From Dicyema japonicum (lineage: Eukaryota > Animalia > Dicyemida), in contig RDEW01000020.1 of the NCBI GenBank assembly GCA_011109175.1, forward strand, positions 1,006,703-1,070,702: a stretch of 64,000 nucleotides of DNA, written 5' to 3'. Made by a program: the position numbers and the translations under genes. This document shows positions 62,000-64,000 of this stretch, in pieces. How positions within the stretch are numbered: position 1 is the first letter of the stretch; the number at the start of each line of letters is the position of its first letter. The notes below the pieces were generated by a model. That model made no database searches and was not told the origin of the DNA. It saw only the letters and a list, made by a program, of their open reading frames with translations.

Positions 62000-64000
62000 G
62001 AATTACACATATTTAGAATATCCCTGATTGTATTAGTAACATTAATATTTAGGTAAACCTCCTTAATCATTGATTGAACTATTGGATAAAAAGAATGCTG
62101 AACCAATTGATGATCTATTTTTTGCGTTATATAGTGAAATATATGAATGGAATAATGAATGATAACACAGATAATGATACTTTTGTAAGTCTTTTAAAGC
62201 AAATATGTCTCCATGGAGTGGAGAAAAGGTTAATGGAGGTAATTTTAATATATTTGAACGCAGATACCAATGGAGATTATAATGCCATTATACATCGCTT
62301 GGGAGTATATTAATGATGATAACAAAGGATGCCTGTGTGCCTAATATGTTTGAATACTACTACTGCGGACGGAATTTCACCTGAGGTAAGACATGAGGTG
62401 TCGGTATGTTGTCTACACTCATTTCTCAAAAAATAAAAGCAATGAAATGCCTTCGTTCGAATTATGAATGTTTTATTATAATTTTTAGCATAAATGTCAT
62501 TAACTTTTTTGATTGACTATGTGGCTGTGTGTGGTCATTCTTTAACATGTGGAAGTGCAATTGAGTGCGATGGAAGTAGTTGTGGTCATTTATTCGAAAA
62601 ATGATGTATCTTCCTTTATTCAGCAGGATATTGAGTCTGGTCTCAGTACACTTACTTTTTTGGAGGGGATGCCATTAAAATGATATATGCTCTTGTTATT
62701 CAGATATTTCAGTCTCAATTGTCATTGATCATCCCTTCAATTTGTTGTGCTTTAAATGTACTGCTGTTATAATTTTAAGCGACTATCAAACTCTATTTTC
62801 TATAACTGAACATTTGACTTAATAGCAGCCAGTTTCAAATCAGAATGGTCTGCAGCAGATTTATTACTATGACTTGTTCTTCCCCATTTGTTTTAGTTGT
62901 TTTTTTGTATTTTAGGTGAAATTGTTTTTTAAATTATAATTGCAAATTAGACTTCACTCACATGACTGTTTGATTATGAGCATACAAAGAATGGATCCTC
63001 ACACTTCATTAAATGATGTTGTTATTCACCTAATCATTAGGATTACTTCACTCTCTACTACAAAGTTTTGGATTATCTTAAAGGACAGGTTTGATTTATC
63101 CATCATTACAGCCAGTCTGGAACTTTATGGTTAACAAATAATTTTATATCATCTCACTAAATCGAAATCTACTCAACGACTCCAAGAATTTAACGCATCA
63201 TTAAACTGCATCGTTCACCGGTGGACTATCATAATCTTTGTCAGGAAATGTTCTTCGTTAATCTCAATTGCCCGCTCACAGTTTGGTAGATTTTGATTAT
63301 TAGTAGTAGGTTCAGAATTGAGTCTCCGATCAAAATGCCCACATCGGGACAATGCATTAAATATATGAGTTGCGTTGTGCAAATATATCACTCAATTTTC
63401 CAAAAAAGATATTCAAAACGCACTAGGGAGCTTACTGCTCGATTCCTCAGCGACTTTACGTGAATGTGTAGTTAAGTTGATCGGAAAATCATAAGAATTA
63501 GACCTTCGCTTATTGCCTCATATTATGATGTGTGGCAGGTCATAGTTTTATTCTTAAATATATTTTAGTATTGTAGTACTATTGTACGAAAGAAGGTAGT
63601 AAAACGATTTATTATCACCAAAAATACACTGTAATCACCCAATAGTAACAGATATGTGTGTCCATAATGATGAGGACTTCGGTAAGGTAGCAAATATGGA
63701 TTATAACAGAAATTGGTGGTTAGTTTTGGGAGTAAAATGAATAATGGTTGTGATTTTTAAATATTTAGATGTCCCTTCTATCTTCTGATTTGTTGGAGAC
63801 ATATCTGAGAAGTGTAAGTCTTCTTGTTACGGTAGGTGTTGAATCAGACTGGTTTAGCATAACTAATGGTAGACTGTATTATCAGCAATCTTGTATGTGT
63901 AAATATATCAGTCTACTTTCAAACACTTGAGGTTATATCAAGAATATATCCTACTACTTTTGTGAGACAATTATAGGCATTATCAGAGTATTGTTGTACA
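62000..64000 (+). pseudogene. NIPBL: NIPBL/Scc2 (Nipped-B) cohesin-loader homologue, degraded, runs off the window end
   Basis: Collinear HEAT-region motifs, compared from memory with NIPBL: VEVQLSAMEVV (SELQLCAIKLV), KSEWSAADLLL (KPEWPAAELLL), LLLDSSATLRECVVKLIG (LMDNSTSVREAAVELLG), RPSLIASYYD (RPQLAEQYYD), STIVRKKVVK (ISVRKRVIK), NDEDFGK/KLV (NDEEGIKKLV). Mixed TAA/TGA stops and frameshifts; introns 63539-63568 (30 nt) and 63687-63709 (23 nt) are retained. Confidence 0.72.

Noticed and set aside
62000-64000. Stop-codon reassignment or programmed frameshifting explaining the broken NIPBL frame
   Set aside because: Both TAA and TGA stops plus frameshifts occur, while PPM1G, FERM and the Ig gene read cleanly in the standard code and end in TAG or TGA.

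Overview
AT-rich animal genomic window from a draft assembly (N gaps at 9299-9338, 26255-27152, 44481-44494, 60142-60176, plus many single-N joins), mostly decayed transposable elements. Three apparently intact host genes can be rebuilt only by splicing out very short GT-AG introns (mostly 21-30 nt): a PPM1G-like PP2C phosphatase (9864-11185), a band 4.1/FERM protein (18286-19740, 11 introns) and a multi-Ig type I membrane protein (31471-33567). Two intron-bearing pseudogenes are present: a TFIIIA-like C2H2 zinc finger (about 37.5-37.9 kb) and an NIPBL/Scc2 cohesin loader (62-64 kb). Metazoan domains plus 21-30 nt introns suggest a dicyemid mesozoan such as Dicyema; this is an inference, not a database match. 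Repeats include an APE-type LINE family whose ORF2 starts with a virus-like 2A peptide, RTE LINEs, CRE-like and R4/NeSL-like REL-endonuclease retrotransposons, pogo/Tigger and hAT (Buster/Charlie) DNA transposons, and two SINE-like families. The most interesting signal is a roughly 230-nt SINE-like family (5 copies). Its core keeps a four-helix nested pseudoknot with HDV-ribozyme-like topology but non-canonical loops, supported by compensatory substitutions, and it carries 3' tails borrowed from the resident LINEs. All motif and family calls were made by eye; no searches were run.
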